Shown here piece after piece: positions 16,162-25,562 of a DNA stretch of 64,000 nt. Both the position numbers and the translations under genes were made by a program. The stretch's first letter is position 1, and each line of letters begins with the position of its first letter. Source of the stretch: a virus. The notes beneath the pieces were generated by a model. The model was not told the DNA's origin. It did not search any database and saw nothing but the letters and a program-made list of their open reading frames with translations. The stretch is from IMG/VR virus record IMGVR_UViG_3300036766_000317, positions 27,825 to 91,824 of that record; one strand, 5' to 3'.

Positions 16162-17685
16162 ATGATCACAATCGAGCACAAAGCTATCGACAATACTATT
16201 GAGCATCAAATTACCACTGCAATGATCATTTCCAACAGATTTGCGTCCGAAGTAAATGCAGTTTTTAATCCAGAGTACATGAGGAATACTTTTTGCAGAA
16301 TAATCTGTGTTTGGTGTACCGACTATTTTAACAAGTACAAAGAAGCTCCCGGTCTGCATATTAAGGACATCTACCTTGTAGAAAAAGATTCAGGAATGGC
16401 GAAAGCAGATGCCGAACTTATCGGGGATTTCTTAAAGAAACTAAGCGATCAATACTCTGAAGGTCAAGGTGTCAATGCTGACTATATTCGGGATGGGGCT
16501 TTTGACTACTTCAGAAAACGGGAATTGGAAATTAGAATCGAACAGGCCCAGAAGTTCCTGCTTGTCGGAAAAGTAGAAGAAGCCGGAGAAGCATTTGCCA
16601 AATACAAAAAGATCGCCTATCAAACATCAGGGTGGTTTAATCCATTTGATCATAAAGAAATGTTGGAGGTTTTCATTGATAATGATGAAGGCGTATTTAG
16701 ATACCCTGGAGCACTGGGTCGGGTTGTTGGTCCTATTGAGCGGGATTGGTTCATTGCCATTCTTGCTCCGTTCAAAAAGGGAAAAACCTTCTTCCTACAA
16801 GAAACGGCTGTTTGTGCAATATTTCAGAGTCTTAGAGTGGTGTTCATTTCATTGGAAATGAAGAAGAAAAACCTTAAAGAACGATTCTATAAACGATTGA
16901 CTGCTTTTGGGTCGAGAACAGGGGAGGATGTTTTCCTCATACCTGTTTTTGATTGCTCTCATAATCAAGAGGGAACTTGCACAAATCCGAAAAGAACAAA
17001 TAAATTATCCTTAGCCAATGAAGATGGAATTATTCCCCCTTATGATGTCGATAATTCTTACCGTATCTGTACTTTTTGTAGAGAGCACATGCTTCCTGAT
17101 TATAAAATGACCATTTGGTACGAGACTGTGGAAGCTCCTCAATTTGCATTAAAAGATGTCCGTCATCATTTGGACGGAACAAAAATTCAATATGGAGACA
17201 TGATTCGGTTTATCAGTTACCCCCGCTTTCTTGCAGGAATTGATGATATTCGTAGAGACTTACAAATATTGGAACAGCATGAAGGCTTCATACCCGATCT
17301 GGTGGTTGTAGATTATGCCGACATTCTCAAGATGGGAAAAGGGGACAAACGAAATGAGATTGATGATATTTGGAAAAGACTAGCTTCAATGGCAGCGGAG
17401 CGTCATTGTATCGTATTCACAGCAAGTCAAGGCACTCGTGGTTCTATCTATAAAAGTGATATGAGTCAGGACGATCTTGCAGAGTGGATTGGGAAACTGG
17501 GTCACGTTGATATTTTTATGGGTTTGAATCAAAGTCCGAAAGAAAAGGAAAATAAAATAATTCGTGTTAATGTATTAGTGCATCGACATAAGGAAGCTGA
17601 TGAAAAGGTATCGGCTACACTTCTCCAACAACTTGAGTTGGGACAATTCAGTTTAGACAGCGAGTTGACGCGGAGAGTTTCCTAA
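16162..17685 (+). CDS. DnaB-like replicative helicase with Cys-rich insertion
   Basis: APFKKGKT, FISLEM, VVVDYADIL, FTASQ; start reassigned after GAGGG. Confidence 0.88.
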   Translation: MITIEHKAIDNTIEHQITTAMIISNRFASEVNAVFNPEYMRNTFCRIICVWCTDYFNKYKEAPGLHIKDIYLVEKDSGMAKADAELIGDFLKKLSDQYSEGQGVNADYIRDGAFDYFRKRELEIRIEQAQKFLLVGKVEEAGEAFAKYKKIAYQTSGWFNPFDHKEMLEVFIDNDEGVFRYPGALGRVVGPIERDWFIAILAPFKKGKTFFLQETAVCAIFQSLRVVFISLEMKKKNLKERFYKRLTAFGSRTGEDVFLIPVFDCSHNQEGTCTNPKRTNKLSLANEDGIIPPYDVDNSYRICTFCREHMLPDYKMTIWYETVEAPQFALKDVRHHLDGTKIQYGDMIRFISYPRFLAGIDDIRRDLQILEQHEGFIPDLVVVDYADILKMGKGDKRNEIDDIWKRLASMAAERHCIVFTASQGTRGSIYKSDMSQDDLAEWIGKLGHVDIFMGLNQSPKEKENKIIRVNVLVHRHKEADEKVSATLLQQLELGQFSLDSELTRRVS

Positions 17686-17686
17686 G

Positions 17687-17872
17687 ATGCCTTTCATAAA
17701 ATATACAAAATGTCCTGAAAAAGGACCATCTAGGAAAGCATGGGATGTATTTGTAAAGAAATACGGAACCCCTACATCAATAGTCTTCCACGCCCTTTGT
17801 CAGAAAGCCCCATATTGGGCTGCTAATATAAATGGAAAGATAGAAATAGTAAAACCCGAGGAAATTAAGTAA
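17687..17872 (+). CDS. hypothetical protein
   Basis: ORF track. Confidence 0.55.
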   Translation: MPFIKYTKCPEKGPSRKAWDVFVKKYGTPTSIVFHALCQKAPYWAANINGKIEIVKPEEIK

Positions 17873-17946
17873 CTTGGTAAAAATTGGGAAAAAATTTAAT
17901 TTTCGTCCACAAATCAGAAAGTCAAAATTCAATAGAAAGGAAGTTT

Positions 17947-18135
17947 ATGAAAATCAGTGTTTCTATCAGAAAAACAATACAGGAAGATCCTTACGAGCCT
18001 TTCTCGGTAGAACTTTCCCTTGAAAAAACCCTGCCTGAGAATTATAAAGATAATCAAATTATGACAGCCCAGGAAGATATCTCTCTCCTACTTCAAGAAA
18101 CTATTGACAATATTATTAAAGAAAGGAAACGATAA
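17947..18135 (+). CDS. hypothetical protein
   Basis: ATG after AAGGAAG. Confidence 0.6.
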   Translation: MKISVSIRKTIQEDPYEPFSVELSLEKTLPENYKDNQIMTAQEDISLLLQETIDNIIKERKR

Positions 18136-18137
18136 TT

Positions 18138-18521
18138 ATGATTTCCATATGTAAGGTATTTACTTTTGAAGCAGCTCATTTTCTCCCATATCATTTGGGA
18201 AAGTGTAAAAACCTTCATGGGCATGGTTTTCGATTAGAAGTAGAAATAAGCGGAGTGCCGAAGAAAGGAGATAAAGATCCTGCTAAAGGTATGATTATGG
18301 ACTTTAGTAGACTTAAAGAAATAGTCAATGGTCTTATCATTGATAGATTAGATCATACCGAACTTAACAAATGCTTTATAAACCCTACAGCAGAAACTAT
18401 GGTACTCAAATTTGCTGCCATGTTGAAATCTTCTTTCACAGCCAATAACTGTAGAGTAAATTTGGAAAGAGTCCGTTTATACGAGACGGCTACTTCCTAT
18501 GCTGAATGGAGGAAATTATGA
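18138..18521 (+). CDS. queD: 6-carboxy-5,6,7,8-tetrahydropterin synthase
   Basis: FEAAHFL, CKNLHGH, MDF, LDH, NPTAE, LYET. Confidence 0.95.
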   Translation: MISICKVFTFEAAHFLPYHLGKCKNLHGHGFRLEVEISGVPKKGDKDPAKGMIMDFSRLKEIVNGLIIDRLDHTELNKCFINPTAETMVLKFAAMLKSSFTANNCRVNLERVRLYETATSYAEWRKL

Positions 18522-19180
18522 GAGTGAATCAATTATTTCAATCGATAAATGGGGAAGTTTGTAGTTCTGGACAAGGATCAATCTGCACATTCATTCGGCT
18601 CCAAGGGTGCAATTTCCATTGCAAATGGTGTGACACGTCTCCTTCTCTAAATTCAGAAGGAGGCTATGAAATCTTTGTGGATGAAATTTTGCGAGAGATT
18701 AAAAGACTTCCTGTGTATACCCCAAACGTCACAATCACAGGAGGGGAACCTCTTCTACAAAAAGGGGAGCTAGCCACACTAGTACGAGGACTCATTACCC
18801 AGAACTACAAAGTTTCTTTAGAAACAAACGGCTCGTTATCTTGGATGACGATCCCCATACCATGCTCGATTGTGATGGACATTAAGCCACCTAGTTCAGG
18901 CATCAAAGATTTTGACAACTATAGAGAAAAGGCACTAATCAATGCCTCATATTTAGGAAGTAATGATTGGCTGAAATTACCAATACAAGACGAAACCGAC
19001 TTCCTTTTTGCTGTATCAGAAAGAAGAATCTTATTGGGATTAGGAAAGATGCAAGCCAAAATAGCTTTTTCCGCAGTAGCCCCGTTGACTCCCAAAGAAT
19101 TACTTAGTTGGCTTTTCAAAGAAAACATCGGAGATGCTGTCCTGAATATACAAATTCACAAGTTAATTAATGTGTCGTAA
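18518..19180 (+). CDS. queE: 7-carboxy-7-deazaguanine synthase (radical SAM)
   Basis: FQSINGE, FIRLQGCNFHCKWCDT, ITGGEP, ETNG, QIHK. Confidence 0.95.
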   Translation: MRVNQLFQSINGEVCSSGQGSICTFIRLQGCNFHCKWCDTSPSLNSEGGYEIFVDEILREIKRLPVYTPNVTITGGEPLLQKGELATLVRGLITQNYKVSLETNGSLSWMTIPIPCSIVMDIKPPSSGIKDFDNYREKALINASYLGSNDWLKLPIQDETDFLFAVSERRILLGLGKMQAKIAFSAVAPLTPKELLSWLFKENIGDAVLNIQIHKLINVS

Positions 19181-19221
19181 CGGGAACTTACAGGCATATC
19201 TATCTTTTATTGAAAATTGTG

Positions 19222-19249
19222 TGGAAATGTAAAAATATCATGATATAAT
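19222..19249 (+). promoter_or_regulatory. extended -10 promoter
   Basis: TGaTATAAT at 19241-19249, weak -35 TGGAAA. Confidence 0.55.
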
Positions 19250-19320
19250 CAAGGCAAAGGACAAAGGGAAGGCATTGTGCATTCCGAAATTAATTCAATC
19301 AACAGTAAGGAGGAAGAAAG

Positions 19321-19923
19321 ATGGACTTAGCAAAATTGGATTTTGAAGTGTTGAAGGAGATGGCCAAAGAACTCAATAAGGCCACCTACGACAAGGACGG
19401 GGCCGCTACTCTGTTCTTGGCAAAGAAGCTGAAGACAATCGCCGTAACAAAGGAACTCCTCGCCACCGCATTTGATGCTGCAATCCAAGGTATTGTCGAA
19501 GCCGAACTTGCGGACAAACTGCCCGAAGAAATCATCGATTACTACAACGAGAACTTTGTCGATGAAGAGGGGGCTGAGGCAGAGAAAGCGGCAGAACCAG
19601 CTCCGGCGAAAGAGAAAACGACTGCGAAAGCTCCGGTCAAGGAGAAAGCCGCAGCGGCGCCGAAAGCTGAGAAGCCTGCTAAAGAGAAGAAAGTAAAGGC
19701 AGCAGTCGAACTCTCCTGTTTCGGCCACAAGATCGGCTCTCAGGCGGCAGCCCTTGATGATCTACTGGCTCCGGGCAAGCCGATTTCTCTTGAAGAGCTG
19801 TCTAAGAAGTCGGGACGTTCCCTTCTTGGTGTGAAAAGTCATATCAAGCATCTCCAGGACGCCCGCAAGCTCGTCATTGAATCCAAAGACGGCACATACA
19901 CGTTTAAGCCGGCAAAGAAATAA
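19321..19923 (+). CDS. Lys/Ala-rich histone-like protein with C-terminal wHTH
   Basis: PAKEK repeats; ISLEELSKKSGRSLLGVKSHIKHL; own promoter and terminator. Confidence 0.65.
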   Translation: MDLAKLDFEVLKEMAKELNKATYDKDGAATLFLAKKLKTIAVTKELLATAFDAAIQGIVEAELADKLPEEIIDYYNENFVDEEGAEAEKAAEPAPAKEKTTAKAPVKEKAAAAPKAEKPAKEKKVKAAVELSCFGHKIGSQAAALDDLLAPGKPISLEELSKKSGRSLLGVKSHIKHLQDARKLVIESKDGTYTFKPAKK

Positions 19924-19941
19924 CACGATCCGGCACCGGTA

Positions 19942-19976
19942 GAGGGGGCTGCAATGTCGGGCCCCCTCGTTTTCTT
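19942..19976 (+). terminator. intrinsic terminator
   Basis: GAGGGGGC/GCCCCCUC stem + GUUUUCUU. Confidence 0.65.
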
Positions 19977-19989
19977 CGAGGAGTATTCA

Positions 19990-20574
19990 ATGAATGAGCA
20001 CCTTATTCAGGAACTGATGGTTGGGATTTTAAGAGACGGTTTAGGATTGGATCTGCAAGATCCTAATCTTTCCGGAACCCCAGGAAGAATTGCTAAGATG
20101 TATTGCCACGAGTTGTTTTCTGGACTGAATGAAGAGCCACCTATTATAACTACTTTTCCTAACACAGAAAAATATGACGAGATGGTGTTTATAGATAATA
20201 TCCCTTTTGTTTCTGTGTGTTCACACCATTTGCTTCCTTTTTCCGGTCTTGCTTTTTTCCTTTATATCTCCCAATTCAAACTTGCCGGAGCATCTAAGAT
20301 GCCTCGTATCATACAGTATTGGGCCAGTCGTCCCCAACTACAAGAAAGACTAACCCAACAGATTGTTAATCATTTTGTAGAAGCGGTGCAGCCTCTCGGA
20401 GCCATGCTTGTTATGCGGGCAACTCACGGATGTATGGCTTGTCGGGGAGTAAAAACAGGAAACAGAACAGGGATGATGACCAGTAAAGTAGTTGGTAATT
20501 TCAAAGACAATCCCGAAACAAGAAGGGAAGCTCTTGACTTAATCTCAATTTCCATTAAACTATCAGGAGCATAA
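19990..20574 (+). CDS. folE: GTP cyclohydrolase I
   Basis: TPGRIAKMY, SVCSHHLLPF, SKMPR, RPQLQERLT, HGCMACRG. Confidence 0.95.
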   Translation: MNEHLIQELMVGILRDGLGLDLQDPNLSGTPGRIAKMYCHELFSGLNEEPPIITTFPNTEKYDEMVFIDNIPFVSVCSHHLLPFSGLAFFLYISQFKLAGASKMPRIIQYWASRPQLQERLTQQIVNHFVEAVQPLGAMLVMRATHGCMACRGVKTGNRTGMMTSKVVGNFKDNPETRREALDLISISIKLSGA

Positions 20575-20596
20575 TTATTATAGGAGGATAGGACAC

Positions 20597-20827
20597 ATGG
20601 AATACATTTCAGTGGAATCTTCCAACATAGAAAAGATCGGATACGACGATCAAAAGAGACAATTTCACATCCTCTTCCTCAAGAAAATCCATTACATCTA
20701 TTATGATGTACCTGTAAAAACGTATGAAGAATTTCTAGCCAGCGATAGCAAGGGCCGATTCTTTGCTCAGTTTATCAAGGGTATGTATGCCTATCAAAAT
20801 GTAACCGGGCAAGTGGAGACGGACTGA
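20597..20827 (+). CDS. KTSC domain protein
   Basis: SSNIEKIGYD..YIYYDVP..YEEFLASDSKGRFF..FIK. Confidence 0.9.
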   Translation: MEYISVESSNIEKIGYDDQKRQFHILFLKKIHYIYYDVPVKTYEEFLASDSKGRFFAQFIKGMYAYQNVTGQVETD

Positions 20828-21852
20828 TGAAGGAAATCAACCACATAACCAAGGCGGAAATTTTATGGTCCCGAACCTGCCCCCTATCCTGTTCTTACTG
20901 TGCTATAGCAGACGGTAGAAGGAATACAGTACTGCTTACAGAATGGTTTAGGGGCATTGATCAACTGAAGCAATTAGGATGTTCTTTCCTTGCCTTATAT
21001 GGGGCGGAACCACTGGCGGACTTCGATAAACTTCCCGAAGTTATTGAGTTTTCAGAAACAATAGGCATACACACCACAGTCATTACAAGTGGCTGTGTGC
21101 CCGATTTAAATAGTAAATTATACTCCTTATATAGTAAAGGACTTCGTTCCATAACAACGTCTTTTGATATCAATCCTTCTGACAATTACAGCAAGCGAAA
21201 GACCAATCAAGCCTTAAACGTGATTGATTACTTCCGATCCCTCGGACCTGTTCGGGATTCCGCTATAGTTGTCACCCTCACAAAAGAAAACTATCATCTT
21301 CTTCCTGATGTCATTCAATTTATGTCCGATAAAGACATCTGGACATTCTTTGATCTTATTCATCCCGATAGAGGACAACCCGGATCGAAAGTAAAGAATA
21401 CCGATCTTGATCTTCTATTCAAGAAGGAAGACTTTGCTCCTCTATTAAATGTTCTACAGAAGGTGGGGGAGATGAAAAAGAAAGGATATCTGTGCCATTC
21501 TAGTTATCATTTCTTTGAAACAATGAAGCTTGTCGGGGCCTATATGCAGACGATTCCCGATTCTCCTATAGCCCCTTACATTTGGAACTGTTCTGATTAC
21601 GATTGTTTTCCGTCTTGGGTGACGGTGGATTGCCAGGGGGATGTCCTCCCTTGCGATGATTTTTATACAACAGATGCTCCCATCATCAAAGTCTGGGAGA
21701 TAGCAGATCTATGGGATAAGTTTTGTAAGATTTGGAAACCTATTGTAAAAGAAAGATGTCCCGGATGTTTGTGGAATACTCATATCGACTCTCATTTAAT
21801 CAAACGTGGTCTATTACCAATGGATCAATATATTCATGGGATAACCAACTAA
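20827..21852 (+). CDS. radical SAM protein with SPASM/twitch-like C-terminus
   Basis: CPLSCSYC, YGAEPL, VDCQGDVLPC..CPGC. Confidence 0.88.
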   Translation: MKEINHITKAEILWSRTCPLSCSYCAIADGRRNTVLLTEWFRGIDQLKQLGCSFLALYGAEPLADFDKLPEVIEFSETIGIHTTVITSGCVPDLNSKLYSLYSKGLRSITTSFDINPSDNYSKRKTNQALNVIDYFRSLGPVRDSAIVVTLTKENYHLLPDVIQFMSDKDIWTFFDLIHPDRGQPGSKVKNTDLDLLFKKEDFAPLLNVLQKVGEMKKKGYLCHSSYHFFETMKLVGAYMQTIPDSPIAPYIWNCSDYDCFPSWVTVDCQGDVLPCDDFYTTDAPIIKVWEIADLWDKFCKIWKPIVKERCPGCLWNTHIDSHLIKRGLLPMDQYIHGITN

Positions 21853-22059
21853 GAAGGGAGAAAACTAATGCCAACAATGTACATAACTCTATGGAATCAA
21901 CATGATCAAGAGGTTATTGCCCCCTACACTTATGGAAAGAATGGAAAGAAATCTCGAAAACCTAAACCAGTAAAACTATCCACATGGCAGAAGATACAGG
22001 ACGGGTACATAGACCTCTGGAATATGTTAAGAGGCAAATAAGATTGTCAAGAGGTCTTC

Positions 22060-22302
22060 ATGTCCAACGAAAACTTAGACAGAAGTAACCCAACCAAATT
22101 CATACAGTATATGAGAGAGAACCCTTTCTACTTTGAAGATATCTTCAAAGTACCATTCTCAATGGATAATGCTAAAAAGGCTATAACAGAACTACGGGTG
22201 TTTGTGGGCAAGTCTGAAGGTAAAAAAGAAACAGCCCGAAAACTGGAACGTGCCCACAGAAAAAGAATAGAAAAACGATATGAAAAGAACAACCACCCAT
22301 AG
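22060..22302 (+). CDS. hypothetical protein
   Basis: ORF track. Confidence 0.55.
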   Translation: MSNENLDRSNPTKFIQYMRENPFYFEDIFKVPFSMDNAKKAITELRVFVGKSEGKKETARKLERAHRKRIEKRYEKNNHP

Positions 22303-22430
22303 AGGATTACGAGAATGGAGATGTTGTGGATTTCTTTGGCAATTACTTCTATCAAGACGATATCCCGACAGAGCATTGTGGAATCCGATTTGCCCCAAAT
22401 GTGGTTCTACATGGTAATAAGTAAAAGATT

Positions 22431-22439
22431 TGTTATACT
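22431..22439 (+). promoter_or_regulatory. extended -10 promoter element
   Basis: TGtTATACT upstream of Hc1-like gene. Confidence 0.5.
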
Positions 22440-22465
22440 TAAATAAAAGAAAGGAGGAATCGAAT

Positions 22466-22636
22466 ATGACATTGGAGAAACAGGTTCAGGACATGATCGA
22501 TATTTTGGTTGCAAGTAAAACTGAAGCTGTCAGTGCAGACAAAGGCAACAAGACTGCGGCAAAGCGTCTTCGGGCCAGTAATGCCCTTTTACTGCCGATT
22601 ATCAAAGCAGTAAAGGCTCAATCCCTTGGGAAGTAA
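22466..22636 (+). CDS. histone H1-like Hc1-family protein (56 aa)
   Basis: DKGNKTAAKRLR signature like Hc1 GNKAAGTRAR; start after AAGGAGG. Confidence 0.75.
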   Translation: MTLEKQVQDMIDILVASKTEAVSADKGNKTAAKRLRASNALLLPIIKAVKAQSLGK

Positions 22637-22642
22637 CGAATT

Positions 22643-22720
22643 GTAGGGGCGGTGCCCAATAGTGGGAGATCAAAGCGTACAATGGGATGGATCGATCCCC
22701 TCACCGCCCCTGCTTTTATT
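22643..22720 (+). ncRNA. structured RNA / terminator-like element upstream of queC
   Basis: 12-bp GUAGGGGCGGUG/CACCGCCCCUGC enclosing 47 nt of alternative pairings, then UUUUAUU. Confidence 0.55.
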
Positions 22721-22826
22721 AAAGGAAGAGGAAGATGGTTCCTTTGCTAAATGACTTCTATCTTCTGGAACCAAAATTCTTTAGTGAAGATGCTTTGATG
22801 GCTTACTACAAAAAGGCTTATGAGGT

Positions 22827-23510
22827 ATGGGTATGATCCTTTTGTTCTCAGGTGGTCTAGATAGTTTTGTCGCCTATCATTATTTGAACAAGCCACAAAC
22901 GATCTACTTCTATCTCAACACCAAATACTCTGCAAAAGAACTGATGGTGGTTAAGAAACTGATACCTTCTACAATTGTGGAAACTTGCATAGATTTTAAA
23001 ACGAGAGAAGAGGATGGTTCTGCTTTTGTGCCATATAGAAATCTTCACCTTGCTTTGCTGGCAAACAAATACTCCGACACCATTATAATTGCTGGATTGG
23101 CTGATGACGTTGTGAACGATAAAAACGAGAAGGTATTCCAGCAGTTCTCCTATCTTATGTCAGAGATGATGGGCAGAAGGATTATGGTTCTGTCCCCTTT
23201 TTGGGGGATGACTAAAGCGGAAGTTGTGAAATGGTTTCTAGAAAATGGAGGAACTAAAGAAGAACTTCTATCCACCATCTCTTGTTATTCTCCAGAGGAT
23301 GTCCTCTATTGCGGAAAATGCCCCGCTTGTTACAGAAAATTCTGTGCTTTAGGGGCTAACGGCATATACGATCTCACTTTCACAAATGAGGTTCTGATGT
23401 GGGAATATTATGCTAAAGCTATGAAGGGGGATCATTACGATCCGAAAAGAAATAAAAACATCATTGAACAAACCCTAAGAGTCCATCCGAATTGGGAGAG
23501 TATATGGTAA
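22827..23510 (+). CDS. queC: 7-cyano-7-deazaguanine synthase
   Basis: FSGGLDS, FVPYRN, TKAEVV, TISCY..CGKCPACYRK. Confidence 0.9.
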   Translation: MGMILLFSGGLDSFVAYHYLNKPQTIYFYLNTKYSAKELMVVKKLIPSTIVETCIDFKTREEDGSAFVPYRNLHLALLANKYSDTIIIAGLADDVVNDKNEKVFQQFSYLMSEMMGRRIMVLSPFWGMTKAEVVKWFLENGGTKEELLSTISCYSPEDVLYCGKCPACYRKFCALGANGIYDLTFTNEVLMWEYYAKAMKGDHYDPKRNKNIIEQTLRVHPNWESIW

Positions 23511-23785
23511 TCTGTGTTGACCTAGACGGAACATTGACTTTAGAGACTGAAGGTTGGGATTATGCGAATAGGACGCCTAGAATCTCTATGATCCATAAGA
23601 TTAGACAGTGGTACCGTGACGGTAGCCACATTATTTTATATTCTGCTCGTCTGAAGATAGACAGAAAAATTACGATTGCTTGGCTGAAGAAATATCATGT
23701 GCCTTATCATGAACTTATTTTAGGAAAACCAAGGGCCGATTTGTACATCGATGATAAGGCTATGAGACCTGAGGAGGTGCTATGA
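23504..23785 (+). CDS. small HAD-superfamily phosphatase
   Basis: VDLDGTL, YSAR, LGKP, YIDDKA. Confidence 0.85.
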   Translation: MVICVDLDGTLTLETEGWDYANRTPRISMIHKIRQWYRDGSHIILYSARLKIDRKITIAWLKKYHVPYHELILGKPRADLYIDDKAMRPEEVL

Positions 23786-24696
23786 AATACTATTCCGAAC
23801 ACGGGGAAGATAAATGGATAATGAAAAATTTACCACTCCCAAAAAAAGGAGTTTATGTTGATATCGGAGCAGCTCACCCAACTCATATGAGTAATACTGC
23901 TTTTCTTAGAGATATGGGTTGGACAGGGATTCAGGTGGATGCTGATCCTTACTGGAAGCCTTTTTGGAGAAGGAAAGGACTGTCGATTCTTTGTGTTCCT
24001 ATATGGTCAAAAGACACAGGTGTAAAATTTGCTGTAAATAAAAAAGCTCATCGGCTATCAACTATTAGTCCTTCCGGAAAATTGGATAATTGCATGACAA
24101 TCAAATCCGTTTGTGAATATGCAGAATTCACTCATATTGATTTCATGTCCTTAGATGTTGAAGGAGCGGAATTCGATGTATTTAAAGTCCTCGATAAAAA
24201 ACTATGGCCCGATGTACTTGTGGTTGAATATGATACCTTAGGAACACAAGACTTTCGGCTGCGTGCCTACCTGAACAATTCCGCATACTATAAAGAGGTT
24301 TTGCAGACCAGCAACAATTTTGTATTCTTTCACACAAACCGATTGTATGATTACCATAGAACCTGCTGGAGATACAAACACGGTCATGTGGCCTCTTCCG
24401 AGAAACACCCTTGCTACTTCTGCGGATATGATCTTCCTATGAAAATTGTAGATAAGATCGAATGTAAAATATGCGGAACCATGGTCTGCCCTTCTTGTCA
24501 TGGATGCCTCTGCACTATTTCCGATCTGCAATACAGCACCCTAATCCGATTACATAAAAAATACTGTTGTAATCTTCCCAACTATAAAGGAGTGGTGGAA
24601 TTAGCAGAGCCGTATGATTCTGCCCTTGCTAATGGTTTTGTTAAAGCCATTAATGTTTGCTGCGCTGCCGAAAAGAAGAATGGAAATATACAATGA
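23782..24696 (+). CDS. FkbM-family methyltransferase fused to Cys-rich C-terminal domain
   Basis: YSEHGED, YVDIGA..SNT, WTGIQVD, IDFMSLDVEGAE; multiple CxxC at C-terminus. Confidence 0.85.
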   Translation: MKYYSEHGEDKWIMKNLPLPKKGVYVDIGAAHPTHMSNTAFLRDMGWTGIQVDADPYWKPFWRRKGLSILCVPIWSKDTGVKFAVNKKAHRLSTISPSGKLDNCMTIKSVCEYAEFTHIDFMSLDVEGAEFDVFKVLDKKLWPDVLVVEYDTLGTQDFRLRAYLNNSAYYKEVLQTSNNFVFFHTNRLYDYHRTCWRYKHGHVASSEKHPCYFCGYDLPMKIVDKIECKICGTMVCPSCHGCLCTISDLQYSTLIRLHKKYCCNLPNYKGVVELAEPYDSALANGFVKAINVCCAAEKKNGNIQ

Positions 24697-25562
24697 AATC
24701 AAAGCTGTTTCTTGATTCCGGTGCCTATTCGGCCTGGACCACTAATACGAAGATTGATATCCAAGAATATATTGCTTTTATTAAGGAACATAAAGATTCT
24801 CTGGAAGTATATGCCTGTCTTGATGACATAACAGACCCCGATAAGACATGGGAGAATCAAGAGACTATGGAAAAAGCAGGGTTATCTCCTCTACCTGTGT
24901 ACCACACAGAAGAAGGGGAAAAGTATTTAAAAAGAGCCATGACCTATCCTTATTTTGCTGTGGGAGGTATGGCATTGAAGGGGGCTGTTTCCAGACGAGA
25001 ACAATTCAATTTCGTTTTCTCCAAAGTTTGTACTAGGAAAAACGACTACTACCCTACTCATAAAGTGCATGGGTTCGGATTAGCCTCTCCTGATCTCTTG
25101 ATTAGTTATCCATGGTACTCCGCCGACACTACATCCTGGGCAGCTTACTCTCGTTTTGGTATTATTCTCATACCAAGAATAATAAATGGATGCTTTCGTT
25201 ATGATGTTCCTCCATACACAATAGCCATTTCTTCTCGCTCAAAAGCAATAGGGGATATGAAACACTTTCGGAATTTTTCCTCGATAGAACAGGAATGGAT
25301 ATCCAATTACTGCCAAGAACGAGGACTGCCTTTAGGCAGGACTTTATTCAAACGTGTTATGCCAGGATATTTTCTTAAAACTAATGAGCATTGGTTTGAT
25401 AGAAAAAATAAACAACGTGTGGAAGTAACCATCAACAAAGGTCTTTGTTGTGATGGAGAAATGAGGGATCGTTTAAACTTATTATACTTTCTTGGTTTGG
25501 AAAAGAATCAGCCTGGATGGCCGTGGGCCTGGAAGTTATATGAAAACCAATTATTTATATGA
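24693..25562 (+). CDS. dpdA: DpdA-like DNA-guanine transglycosylase (TGT fold)
   Basis: LFLDSGAYS, CLDDI, PVYH, VHGFG, YSADTTSW; within que cluster. Confidence 0.82.
   Translation: MKSKLFLDSGAYSAWTTNTKIDIQEYIAFIKEHKDSLEVYACLDDITDPDKTWENQETMEKAGLSPLPVYHTEEGEKYLKRAMTYPYFAVGGMALKGAVSRREQFNFVFSKVCTRKNDYYPTHKVHGFGLASPDLLISYPWYSADTTSWAAYSRFGIILIPRIINGCFRYDVPPYTIAISSRSKAIGDMKHFRNFSSIEQEWISNYCQERGLPLGRTLFKRVMPGYFLKTNEHWFDRKNKQRVEVTINKGLCCDGEMRDRLNLLYFLGLEKNQPGWPWAWKLYENQLFI

Noticed and set aside
22643-22720. preQ1 riboswitch or tRNA upstream of queC
   Set aside because: No preQ1-I loop or A-rich tail consensus, and no cloverleaf or T-loop
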